Positions 38,815-49,280 of a stretch of DNA of 64,000 nt are shown here, piece after piece. Under the pieces are notes generated by a model. The model ran no database searches. It was not told the origin of the DNA and saw nothing but the letters and a program-made list of their open reading frames with translations. Position 1 is the stretch's first letter, and each line of letters begins with the position of its first letter. The position numbers were made by a program, and so were the translations under genes. Source of the DNA: Somniosus microcephalus (Eukaryota); NCBI GenBank assembly GCA_052327205.1, contig CM126221.1:43090001-43154000 (forward strand), written 5' to 3'.

Positions 38815-40000
38815 GCTGGACTTTAAGGAGGAAGAGTGTAGAGAGGGAATTCTGGAACGATGTCAAGACGACAAAGTATGGCCACCAATGGTATGGGAAA
38901 GGGAGGGGGAGCTGCACAAGAGGCTGGAGTCAGAGGAAGAGAATATTTAATAAGAACATGGGAATTAGGAGCAGGAGTCGGCCATCCGGCCCCTCGAACC
39001 TTGGGGGAATTGTACAGCTGGGAAAGGTTACTGAGCAAGAGAGGAGTGAGGCGATGGAGGGATTTACACACAAGGACAAAAATGTTTAATTTGAGGCATT
39101 GGCATACTTGGAACAATTGTAGGTCAGCAAGAACAGAGGCGATGGGAAGTGGGACTTGGTGTGGAACAGGATACAGTCAACAGAGTCCTGGATGGCCTTC
39201 AGTTTACAGAGGGTGGAGGATGGGAGGCCGGCCAGGAAGACATTGGAGTAATTGTATCTGGAGGTGACGAAAGCGTGAAGCGAGGGTTTCAGTGACAGAC
39301 TGAGGTAGAGATGGAAGTGGGTGATATGCAGAAGTAGGCAGTCTTTGTGATGGAGACGATATGGAGTGGGAAATTCAGCTTGTGGTCAATTAGGATGGCA
39401 AGATTGTGAACAGTTTGGTTCAGCCTGAGATAGTGGCCGGGGAGGGGGATGGAGTTGGTGGCAAGGGCATGGACTTCGTATTGGGTGCTAGAGATGATGG
39501 CTTTGGTCTTCCCAATGTTTAGATGTAGGTAATTACATCTCATCCAAGACTGGTTGTCAGGCTAGCAGTCTGGTAGCACAGAGCAGTGGAGGGATTGAGC
39601 GAGGTGGTGGAGAGGTAAAACTGGGTGTCATCACCGTACATGTGGAATTCCATGTATGCGGATGATGTCGCCGAGAGGCAGCATGCAGATGTGGAGGTTG
39701 TGGGTGGATCCTGGGGAACTTCAAAAGTAACTGGTGTGACGGGTGCGTAGAAAAGCCATTGCTAGAGATACTCTGACTATAACCAGCTAGTCCAAGAGCG
39801 GAACCAAGCGAGGGCAGTCCCATTGAGCTGGACAGCGGAGGAGAGGTGTTGGAGGAAGGTGGAGTGATCTACTGTTTTAAAGGCTATTGGGAAGGATAAT
39901 GCATCACAGTCATAGAGAATGTTATTCATGACTTTGGTTCGGACTGTTTGAGGGGTGGGGTGGGGTGGTCAGGAACCTGATTGGAGGGAGTTGCAGGAGC
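38815..40000 (-). mobile_element. Degenerate L2 LINE fragment, tail-to-tail with the preceding L2; a short CR1-tail piece is inserted at ~38950-39000
   Basis: ORF 39289-39543 (LNIGKTKAI..LRLNQTVHNL..SITKTAYF) is homologous to 37960-38160 on the opposite strand. Confidence 0.75.
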
Positions 40001-41733
40001 GATGGGGATGGATCGAATACTATTGCAATAATGAATTATCTATCCTCAGTTAAAATTGAGGATATTCTTCAGCGATCCTATTTTATTTTAAATGAAAATG
40101 TTGTTTATCAGTAAATATTCTAAACTATTGGGTCTGTTATCTGAAAGTTCTGCCTATGATGAAAACTTATTTGTGCCTCTTGCAGTATTTTTGTCGAACC
40201 TGTTCTAGTTTTCTCATTCGTTTATTCTTTGCCAATTTGTTGGAACATGTTCAGCATTTTTATGGTGACAGAAGCCTATTTATGTGGCCTTTTTAGGCAT
40301 CATTTAAAATTAGGATTTAAGGTTCTTTTATCACTAGAACTTACTACTTGTAAATTTTAGTACCTACTTGAGGGTGAAACTTTTCTCCTTTGAGAGTGCT
40401 GCTGATCATTGTAGCAGAGGTAGAAAATAGTTTGTAGATTAAAAACCATATCCATAGATGACATTCATTCATTTAAATTTATTTTAAAGTTGATGGAAAT
40501 ATTCTTATTCATAGTTCTGGTGTTTGGTAGTACTTGAAAATGAAATTATTTAAACTCAGCTTCAATTACTTATAATAGTGTTTGGGAGGTCCTATAGTGT
40601 AATTTACTTCAACACTTTATCTTGTAAAATGGGTCTGTTGTCAGTTGTTTTTCTGGGACTGCAGTAGGAGGGTGTCATGATAGTTTGCACAGAGTTCAAG
40701 TGTCGTTGAATTGTATTTCGTACTGAAATGAATGCCAGCTTTATTTTATGGGCTTCTGTATGTGTGTGTTCTGATAGCAGTCAATATGACGGATGTACTT
40801 TAGCTTCCGAGTTGCATTCTTCAGGGCCGAAATCTTCATGCTGTTGACAACCATTGTGCGTGTTGGTGGCAAGCTGGAAGTGCATAATGTGGTAGATTAT
40901 CTGCCTCCATAGTTGAAATCTTTTCAAGTTGCTTGGGGGAGGGGGCCTGGTTAAACTTTTACAAAGACACGGGTCTCAGTGTTTCCCAGACAAGCTGGTG
41001 CTTGAGGGATGATCAGAGTTTATTTCCAAAGCTATAACCTGGTACTTTAAAAGAAATTCAAGATTTAATTTTCCTTATATTTATCTGGGACTATACTTGG
41101 ACTTGTTTCTGTGTAAACCAGTAAATAATGAACTCAAGGCTGTGTCATTATCTACAAATGTTGGCATGGAAAGGCTCCTTTCAAAAAGTGGAACTATGGG
41201 AAAAATTGGCTTGATACATTCCTGAATAAATTAGATAGTCATATGTTTACCTTTTAAATTAAACACTAATTATATGAAATACAACATTATATAAATAATA
41301 AGTGGTATCTTAAATACAGTGAAACACAAAATTCTTGTCTGTTGAATGTTCCACTTCAAGTAATTGCACATCTGCCATAGCAGTTTGTTATTATATATTT
41401 CTCTCACTTTTGTCATGGCTTCCTATGTTGTGAAAAGTAGTACTGAAATTTGGAAAAGATTAAAAAAAAATTGTGGTTTGGTTTTCATATTAAAGATAGA
41501 AATGAAATGTTTTCTTAAGTAATACAATTACTGTATGTCATTCAGTGTTTGTGTGAGTTCTCACTTGTTGCGACATAGTGATGAGTGCACAAAATGTTGA
41601 TTTGGCCAATGAATTTGAAAGTTCTATTCAAATGGCTGTACTCATCTGTGAAGGTATTGCAGTTTTTTGTAAATGCCATCCTGTTTTGACTCATCTTTGT
41701 ATTTTAATCAGTTGTATGATATCATATCGTGAC

Positions 41734-42052
41734 TGTGGTAAACCACGTTCACTATCGTATCACTGTTAGTAGTTAGCACTGTTCACCACTGTTCGTTATA
41801 ACTGTATCACTGACCACTATTGTATCACGGTACGAGGTTGCCTCTTGCCACACTGCTATACCTGGGATGACCACTGCCGACTCCGCCTTGGCTCCACCCA
41901 CCAGGCCAGGTATAAAGGTGAGCGACTGGCTGGTATTCCTCCTGCTTGGATCGGATCACCCACGAGAGTGGGCTCTGTTATTTAGTCAATAAAAACCTTT
42001 AGTCACCTTCGTAACTCTTCGCCTTTTATTGGAGGAATTGATAGGTATATCA
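41734..42052 (+). repeat. 5' LTR (TATAAA at 41911, AATAAA at 41988)
   Basis: Direct repeat of 46048-46366. Confidence 0.97.
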
Positions 42053-42071
42053 ATTTTATTGACTAAATTTA

Positions 42072-43082
42072 ATGATGTCCGACAACGAGTCACAACCGGC
42101 GGAGGAGCCACCAGCGCAGCTCCCAGGAGCACAGCCACACCAGCCAGCTTGGCTGCGAGCCCTCAGACCGCCGTACCTGGACCTGAACCCACGAGCAGCA
42201 AACTCAGCCGCAGACTTTAAACACTGGCTGGTCTGCTTCGAATCATACCTGAGAGAATCCAGCGTCCCTCAGGCATCCAAACTAAGTGTCCTGCAGGCAC
42301 AACTGAGCCCGAGAGTATACACTCTCATCGAGGACATGACTACCTACGAGACCGCCATCAACCTGCTGAAACAGAAGTACCGGACCCCGGTAAACTACAT
42401 GTACGCTAGGCACCTCCTAAGATCACGGCCGCAACAGCCAGGAGAATCAGTAGCCGAATTCTCACAGGCGCTATATGCACTCGCCAGGAACTGTGACTTT
42501 AAATCGGTGTCGGCAGCCGAAAATACTGAAGATAATATCCGCGACGCATTCCTGAAAGGCCTACGGTCCGAGTACTCACGGCAAAGACTGCTGGAAGCTA
42601 AAGACCTCAGCATGGAAAAAGCTGAAGCCCTCGCTATCTCCCTGGAAGTGGCCCACCAAGATCAGGAAGCATTCACCAGGTACTGCTCGCGACCCTGGGA
42701 CTCGGGCCCGACTCCTACCACAGCACCCTTCCCAGCGCCGCCCCCGGGACCTACCTCTGCGTCGGCGTCCCGGACCCGACCGGCCCCGGCACCGGCCCCG
42801 ACATCGGGCATCCGCGATCGGGCCGCCGGCTGTTTTTTTTGTGGCCAGGAGAAGCACCCGAGGTCGCGCTGCCCAGCCAAGAACTCCATATGCAAAACCT
42901 GCCTGAAGAAAGGCCACTTCTCCAAGGCCTGCAGGAGCGGATCCTCAGAGGCCAGCAGTGCCGCATGCGAACTATGGGGGCGGCCATCTTTGTTTAGGGC
43001 AACTGAGGCCAGCATCCCCACACATGAGTCATGGGGGCGGCCATCTTTGATTAAGGCAACCGACCCCAACAGTGCCTCGTGA
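42072..43082 (+). CDS. gag: Gypsy Gag (336 aa)
   Basis: QQPGESVAEF major-homology-like motif, IRDAFLKGL, and two Cys/His knuckles CFFCGQEKHPRSRC and CKTCLKKGHFSKAC. Confidence 0.9.
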   Translation: MMSDNESQPAEEPPAQLPGAQPHQPAWLRALRPPYLDLNPRAANSAADFKHWLVCFESYLRESSVPQASKLSVLQAQLSPRVYTLIEDMTTYETAINLLKQKYRTPVNYMYARHLLRSRPQQPGESVAEFSQALYALARNCDFKSVSAAENTEDNIRDAFLKGLRSEYSRQRLLEAKDLSMEKAEALAISLEVAHQDQEAFTRYCSRPWDSGPTPTTAPFPAPPPGPTSASASRTRPAPAPAPTSGIRDRAAGCFFCGQEKHPRSRCPAKNSICKTCLKKGHFSKACRSGSSEASSAACELWGRPSLFRATEASIPTHESWGRPSLIKATDPNSAS

Positions 43083-46005
43083 GCTACGGGGGCAGCCATC
43101 TTCTCCGTCATTTTGCCCTACCTCGTGGGAGACGCCATTTTACTCACCACGCCCGACCGCCTCGCCCGCAGATGACAACGACTCGCTCAGCTACACACTA
43201 GCTTCCGTCACCCTGGACCAAGCCCGCCCGCACCATCTGTCCAAGTCAATGATGGACATCAAAGTGAACGGCCACGCCACGACCTGCCTGTTCGACAGCG
43301 GAAGCACGGAGAGCTTCATCCACCCAGACACGGTGAGCCACTACTCCCTCTCTGTCCTACCAACGCGCAGCCGAATCTCGATGGCATCGAGGTCCCACGC
43401 CACGGACATCAGCGGCTACTGTGTCGTGACCCTGTCGGTTAAGGGCACGGAGTATAAAAACTTTAAACTCCTCGTCCTCCCCCATCTCTGCGCTGCCGTC
43501 CTACTAGGGCTGGACTTCCAATCCCACCTCCAAAGCGTAACCCTAGCATACGGTGGACCCCTCCCCCCACTCACAGTCAACAACCAGCAAACGTTAAACC
43601 GCCCACCGCGTAACACCTGCAGCCTCTCCACCCTCAAGGTCCCGCCACCCTCTCTGTTTGCTAACCTTACCCCTGACTGCAAACCCGTCGCTACCAAGAG
43701 CAGGCAGTATAGCGCCGGGGACAGAGCCTTCATTAGCTCTGAGGTGCGGCGCCTCCTGAAAGAGGGCATTATCGAGGGGAGCAGCAGCCCCTGGCGTGCC
43801 CAGGTCGTAGTCGTAAAGACCGGCGATAAAAACCGCCTGGTCATCGACTACAGCCAGACCATAAACAGATATACCCAGCTGGACGCATACCCCCTCCCCC
43901 GCATATCTGACATGGTCAATCAGATTGCACAGTATAAAGTATTCTCGACCATCGACCTGAAGTCGGCCTACCACCAACTCCCTATCCACCCTGAGGACCG
44001 CCAGTATACCGCCTTCGAGGCGAATGGGCGCCTATACCACTTCCTTAGGGTCCCCTTCGGTGTCACTAATGGGGTCTCGGTCTTCCAAAGGGAGATGGAC
44101 CAGATGGTTGACCAGAACGAACTGCAGGCTACATTCCCCTACCTAGATAACGTCACTATCTGCGGCCGCGACCGGCAGGAACATGACGCGAATCTGGAGA
44201 AATTCCTCCGTACGGCCCAACGGCTGAACCTCACCTACAATAAGGAGAAATGCGTGTTTAACACCACGCGCCTTGCCATCCTCGGCTGCGTAGTGGAGAA
44301 CGGAATCATCGGCCCCGACCCAGGAAGAATGCGCCCCCTCATGGAGCTACCCCTCCCCCACTGCCCTAAAGCACTTAGGAGAACCCTGGGGCTTTTCGCC
44401 TACTATGCCCAATGGGTACCCAATTACGCGGACAAAGCCAGACCCCTCCTGAAAGCCACTTCCTTCCCCCTCACGGAGGAGGCGTGCGCGGCCTTCTCCC
44501 TCATTAAGGGAGACATAGCCAAGGCCACGATGCACGCAGTGGACGAGTCCATCCCCTTCCAGGTGGAGAGCGACGCATCCGACTTCGCCTTAGCCGCCAC
44601 CCTAAACCAGGAGGGGAGGCCAGTGGCCTTCTTCTCAAGGACCCTACAGGGCCCCGAGATCCGACATTCGTCGGTCGAGAAAGAGGCCCAGGCGATCGTG
44701 GAGGCAGTACGGCGCTGGAGGCACTACCTGGCAGGCAAACGATTTACCTTCCTCACCGACCAGCGTTCGGTGGCTTTCATGTTTAATAACAAGCTGAAGG
44801 GCAAAATCAAGAATGACAAGATTTTGAGATGGAGAATCGAGCTCTCCACCTACGATTATGAGATCTTGTACCGGCCAGGCAAGCTGAACGAATCCCCTGA
44901 TGCCCTTTCACGAATGACATGCGCCAGCGCGCATATCGATAGGCTTCAGACCCTCCACGACCAGCTCTGCCACCCCGGAGTCACCAGACTCTACCATTTC
45001 ATTAAGGCCCGCAACCTGACCTACTCCATCGAGGAGGTCAGGACCATGACCAGGAACTGCCAGACCTGTGCGGAGTGCAAACTGCACTTCTATAGGCCGG
45101 ACCGAGCAAGCCTGATCAAGGCCACCCGCCCCTTCGAGCGCCTGAGCATCGACTTTAAGGGGCCCCTCCCGTCCTCTGACCGTAATGTGTACTTCCTCAA
45201 CATCGTTGATGAGTACTCCCGTTTCCCCTTTGCCTTCCCCTGCCCCGACATGACCAGTAGCACGGTCATTAAGTGCCTGAATGCCCTCTTCGCCTTGTTC
45301 GGGTTCCCGAACTATATACACAGCGACCGGGGCTCCTCCTTCATGAGCGAGGAACTCCGGCAATTCCTCCTAGAGAGAGGTATTGCAGCAAGCAGGACCA
45401 CCAGCTACAACCCCAGAGGTAACGGTCAGGTGGAAAGAGAGAACGCGACGGTATGGAAGGCCGTCCTCTTAGCCTTAAAGTCTAAGGGCCTCCCAACCTC
45501 CCGCTGGCAAGAAGTCCTCCCGACAGCGCTGCACTCCATCCGGTCATTACTTTGCACGGCCACTAACACCACCCCCCATGAACGAATGTTCGTTTTCCCC
45601 AGGAAGTCGACTACGGGAACCACTCTACCAACCTGGCTGACCGCCCCGGGGCCGGTCTGGCTGCGGAAACACGTGAGGGCCCATAAAACGGACCCCCTGG
45701 TCAAGAGGGTGAACCTCCTGCACGCCAACCCCCAGTACGCCTACGTGGCGTACCCAGACGGGCGGGAGGACACTGTCTCCCTACGAGACCTCGCACCCTC
45801 AGCCGATCCGGAAACACCGCCACCACCCCCCCCAACCCCAGCCCAGGTAGACGGCATGCCGGAACCCCACGAGCCCTCGCCGACCACGCAAACACCAGCA
45901 TCAACACCGGATAAGGCACCAGCACCGGATAAGGCAACACCACCGCTGCGGCGATCGGAGAGGCTTACGAAGCCTCCGGACAGACTGACCTACCAGAATT
46001 GGTAG
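43072..46005 (+). CDS. pol: Gypsy Pol (protease, RT, RNase H, integrase), 977-aa open frame
   Basis: LFDSGS protease; IDLKSAYHQ, VPFGV and YLDN RT; SDASD..EKEA RNase H; H..H..CQTC and DFKG/SDRG/VERE integrase. Confidence 0.95.
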   Translation: MPRELRGQPSSPSFCPTSWETPFYSPRPTASPADDNDSLSYTLASVTLDQARPHHLSKSMMDIKVNGHATTCLFDSGSTESFIHPDTVSHYSLSVLPTRSRISMASRSHATDISGYCVVTLSVKGTEYKNFKLLVLPHLCAAVLLGLDFQSHLQSVTLAYGGPLPPLTVNNQQTLNRPPRNTCSLSTLKVPPPSLFANLTPDCKPVATKSRQYSAGDRAFISSEVRRLLKEGIIEGSSSPWRAQVVVVKTGDKNRLVIDYSQTINRYTQLDAYPLPRISDMVNQIAQYKVFSTIDLKSAYHQLPIHPEDRQYTAFEANGRLYHFLRVPFGVTNGVSVFQREMDQMVDQNELQATFPYLDNVTICGRDRQEHDANLEKFLRTAQRLNLTYNKEKCVFNTTRLAILGCVVENGIIGPDPGRMRPLMELPLPHCPKALRRTLGLFAYYAQWVPNYADKARPLLKATSFPLTEEACAAFSLIKGDIAKATMHAVDESIPFQVESDASDFALAATLNQEGRPVAFFSRTLQGPEIRHSSVEKEAQAIVEAVRRWRHYLAGKRFTFLTDQRSVAFMFNNKLKGKIKNDKILRWRIELSTYDYEILYRPGKLNESPDALSRMTCASAHIDRLQTLHDQLCHPGVTRLYHFIKARNLTYSIEEVRTMTRNCQTCAECKLHFYRPDRASLIKATRPFERLSIDFKGPLPSSDRNVYFLNIVDEYSRFPFAFPCPDMTSSTVIKCLNALFALFGFPNYIHSDRGSSFMSEELRQFLLERGIAASRTTSYNPRGNGQVERENATVWKAVLLALKSKGLPTSRWQEVLPTALHSIRSLLCTATNTTPHERMFVFPRKSTTGTTLPTWLTAPGPVWLRKHVRAHKTDPLVKRVNLLHANPQYAYVAYPDGREDTVSLRDLAPSADPETPPPPPPTPAQVDGMPEPHEPSPTTQTPASTPDKAPAPDKATPPLRRSERLTKPPDRLTYQNW

Positions 46006-46047
46006 TACACTTCACCTCGCCGGACTTAATTCTAAACAAGGGGTGAA

Positions 46048-46366
46048 TGTGGTAAACCACGTTCACTATCGTATCACTGTTAGTAGTTAGCACTGTTCAC
46101 CACTGTTCGTTATAACTGTATCACTGACCACTATTGTATCACGGTACGAGGTTGCCTCTTGCCACACTGCTATACCTGGGATGACCACTGCCGACTCCGC
46201 CTTGGCTCCACCCACCAGGCCAGGTATAAAGGTGAGCGACTGGCTGGTATTCCTCCTGCTTGGATCGGATCACCCACGAGAGTGGGCTCTGTTATTTAGT
46301 CAATAAAAACCTTTAGTCACCTTCGTAACTCTTCGCCTTTTATTGGAGGAATTGATAGGTATATCA
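46048..46366 (+). repeat. 3' LTR
   Basis: Direct repeat of 41734-42052. Confidence 0.97.
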
Positions 46367-46656
46367 GTGACGAGGTACAAATAATTTTTTCAAAACATTT
46401 CATGACTGTGATCCGTAGCTGAAAACATCCACTGTGAAACCTGAATTTGCTCTGCAGGTACAATACTTAAAATGATTCAGTGATGGGAGTTGAATATTGG
46501 AAGAATGTTTTATCATTAAGCATTGACAGCGGCAGTGCCGATTGTCATCCACTTCAGGTTTTGTAATGGACTCTGGAGCGTAGTCAGCCTCTTGTGTATT
46601 TTGTAAATTCATTGTCTATTTTTATGTTGTAGAGGTTGAATTTGTATGGTTATAAT

Positions 46657-47365
46657 GGCCTGGATTTTGGGGTCAGTGGTGAAGTTATGGTGTTCGTCGC
46701 TGACCTCCGAAAGCTGCCCACAAAGATCTAACAATCTCTGTGGTGTGGATTTCACCTTTCCTGATGTTAATCTCATTCTGGCGCCATCTATAGGGGATCT
46801 CTGGAGTCCAGCAACAGTGATGTCATCAAGCAGGCTAAGCAGCCAATCACATTGAAGAATTCTTAGACAGCAAACCAGGAAGTAAAAAGCACTGATTATT
46901 CTTCACTTTTTAATCATTTTACAGAGATCAAAATAAAGATTGGGACACACACATGGGGTTAAGGTCGAAGCTGAAATAACATAAACAAACATTAAAAATG
47001 TTGTTATTTTAAAAATCTCTCTTTTATCATCATGAAATTTGACATTCCACAAATATAAAATTAGTTTTTCAAGGCCAGAGAGGTTGTTCAGTAGTAATTA
47101 TGACAGTATGCTGTTAAAAGCCCAGTTACACCTCATTCAATAGACTTAACGTTTTTTTTTAGGCAAGGTTAGAGTGTAAAAAGTGGAAGTTCACGTCAAT
47201 CCAAAGGATTTGTAGGGTTTCCATCTGCGGGGACATCAACAGCGCACCCTGTAGAGGAGCGGGGAATTACTGACAACAACGTCTGGCAGAAGTTGCTGTT
47301 AGTTTTAGAGTAATGACGACAAATGCCGACAGTTTCACTGTCATTACAACTGCAAATTCTGGGCC
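46657..47365. mobile_element. Non-autonomous DNA transposon (PIF/Harbinger-like MITE)
   Basis: Imperfect terminal inverted repeats ggcctggattttg / caaattctgggcc, flanked on both sides by AAT. Confidence 0.5.
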
Positions 47366-47431
47366 AATGTTTAAAATATTTGGTAAATTGTGGGACAGTC
47401 TCACTTTGGATCCTGTTCTATACGTGTCAAC

Positions 47432-47578
47432 CATGGCTCAGTTGGTAGCACCCTCGCCTCTGAGTCAGTAGGTTGTGGGGTCCTACTCGAGATTTGAGCG
47501 CAAAAATCTAGGCTGACACTCCAGTGTAATACCGAGGGAGTGCTGCGCTGTCGGCACGTCTTTCGGATGAGACGTTAT
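47432..47578 (+). mobile_element. tRNA head and start of a Deu-domain SINE (3'-truncated)
   Basis: tggctcagttggtagc A box, then ..gagggagtgctgc..tctttcggatgagacgtt. Confidence 0.7.
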
Positions 47579-49114
47579 AAATAAATTAGTTGTTCCAAAT
47601 TAGGAATTAATATTAATTACTAGAAGGCAATAGACAAAGACTAGAGTAGGTGTAATCTTGTGGTGCTCCAAATTTAGCCTTCACAACATAAAGTTGGCCA
47701 AAGCTCAATCTATACCCAGCACCTCATATTTAGGACCGATCTACACAGATCAGCCTGTACAATTACTACTTTATTTTACAATTATATTTTTGAAACAAAA
47801 AGAAAAGTTAGGAATGCTGGCAATCAAAATTAAAATAGAAAATACTGGAAAAACACAGGTCAGTTAGCATCTGAAATAGAAAAGTAGATTAACTCCAAGT
47901 GTGTGACCTTTCATCAGCTGTCTGTTATATTATTGCCCTTCTTGAGGCTTTTGTGCACTATTTCCTAGCTGAGGACAGGCAGACACCCATACCCAGGCCT
48001 GTACCAAGTGCCAGAAAGCATACAATAGCAGCCCTTCAATATTTCCCTATTTCTTGTGGAAATTGCATGTCTGACATAAAAGACTGGTAAACCATCTCTG
48101 CATAATAATTACAATTTTATAAACACTGATGACTGGCAGGATAATGCGATATTGCATCAGTGTTTCAAACTGTTCTGGGTGCAACCACAGTTTCCCATGT
48201 GCGGAGTGCTCAATATGAGCAGTGCTGTTAGGGAGGTGCCAAAAGAAGGAACTAAAATATTGAATTTATTTTGGACTGCTATCGTGCACTAGAAAAAGAA
48301 TGGTTTTGCCAAAGATGCCTGCCCTTTCAGTGGTTGGGTGGGGGTGGGGCTGGGGGATATTATGTGGGGAGACAAAAGCAGCAGAAATACATAGAAAATG
48401 TTAGATTCGTATATGTATAGGGACGGTCAGCTGAAGTTCGCAGATCTAATTCCAGATGTCACTGACATTACCTTTTGTGGCGTTAAACCCAAGGACGTTC
48501 TCTCTGGAATAGTTGCCGATAAAATTCCATGTCAATTTGTGAAGTAAATTGAATTATTTCACTTCTCTCATTTCGGCGCAGACACGATGGTAGTATTGTT
48601 GCTATAGAAATATCTCCTCTCTTAGTTGTCCCAGTGTAGTATTTTTAACCATTAAACAATAAACGCTTAAACATGCAGAATCTAGTTTGGCATAACAACA
48701 AATCCTTATAATCTTGTTCACAGGATAATTTGACAGTAGTAGAAAATGTGATTGTGTATTTTAAACTTCAATATTTATTTGAATCAAATATCCATCGGAT
48801 TGAATATTTCAAAGCTAAACAGAAGGTTCTTCATTGCACAATTCATTAACAATTCAATATGGCAATGTTGATTCTGATTAAAAGAACAGAGCCTTTGTGC
48901 AAAAGTATTTGCCAAGATTTTTCCTTTGCAAACCATACATCCATTGATGTATATCACATCAGAAAGGTGATATTGCAGCATAATTGTGTCACTTACACAT
49001 GATGTCATTGCATCTAAATGCTGTGCATCTGTTCTGACTCTGAAGGCAGTCTCTATTTAAATTAGGAGCTCTATTATATTGTGTTAATGAATGGAAAGTA
49101 CGTTGGGGAGAAAG

Positions 49115-49280
49115 AGAGAAAGCAATTATATAGCCCCTTTCATATCCTCAGGATGCCACAAAGTGCTCCACAACCAATGAATTACTTTTCAAGTACAGTC
49201 ATTGTTGTTTTGTAAGCAAACACTTCAACCAATTTGCACATAGCAAAGTCCCACGAACAGCAAATGAGACAAATAACCAA
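49115..49280 (-). mobile_element. Deu-domain SINE 3' fragment
   Basis: ctcaggatgccacaaagtgc..ccaatgaatt..caatttgcaca, as at 27800-27960. Confidence 0.6.

Larger units (their letters stand above)
41734..46366 (+). mobile_element. Young full-length Ty3/Gypsy LTR retrotransposon
   Basis: TG..CA LTRs at 41734-42052 and 46048-46366 (319 bp each, identical by eye), 5-bp target-site duplication GTGAC (41729-41733 and 46367-46371), polypurine tract aaacaaggggtgaa before the 3' LTR, and gag plus PR-RT-RH-IN order. Confidence 0.97.
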
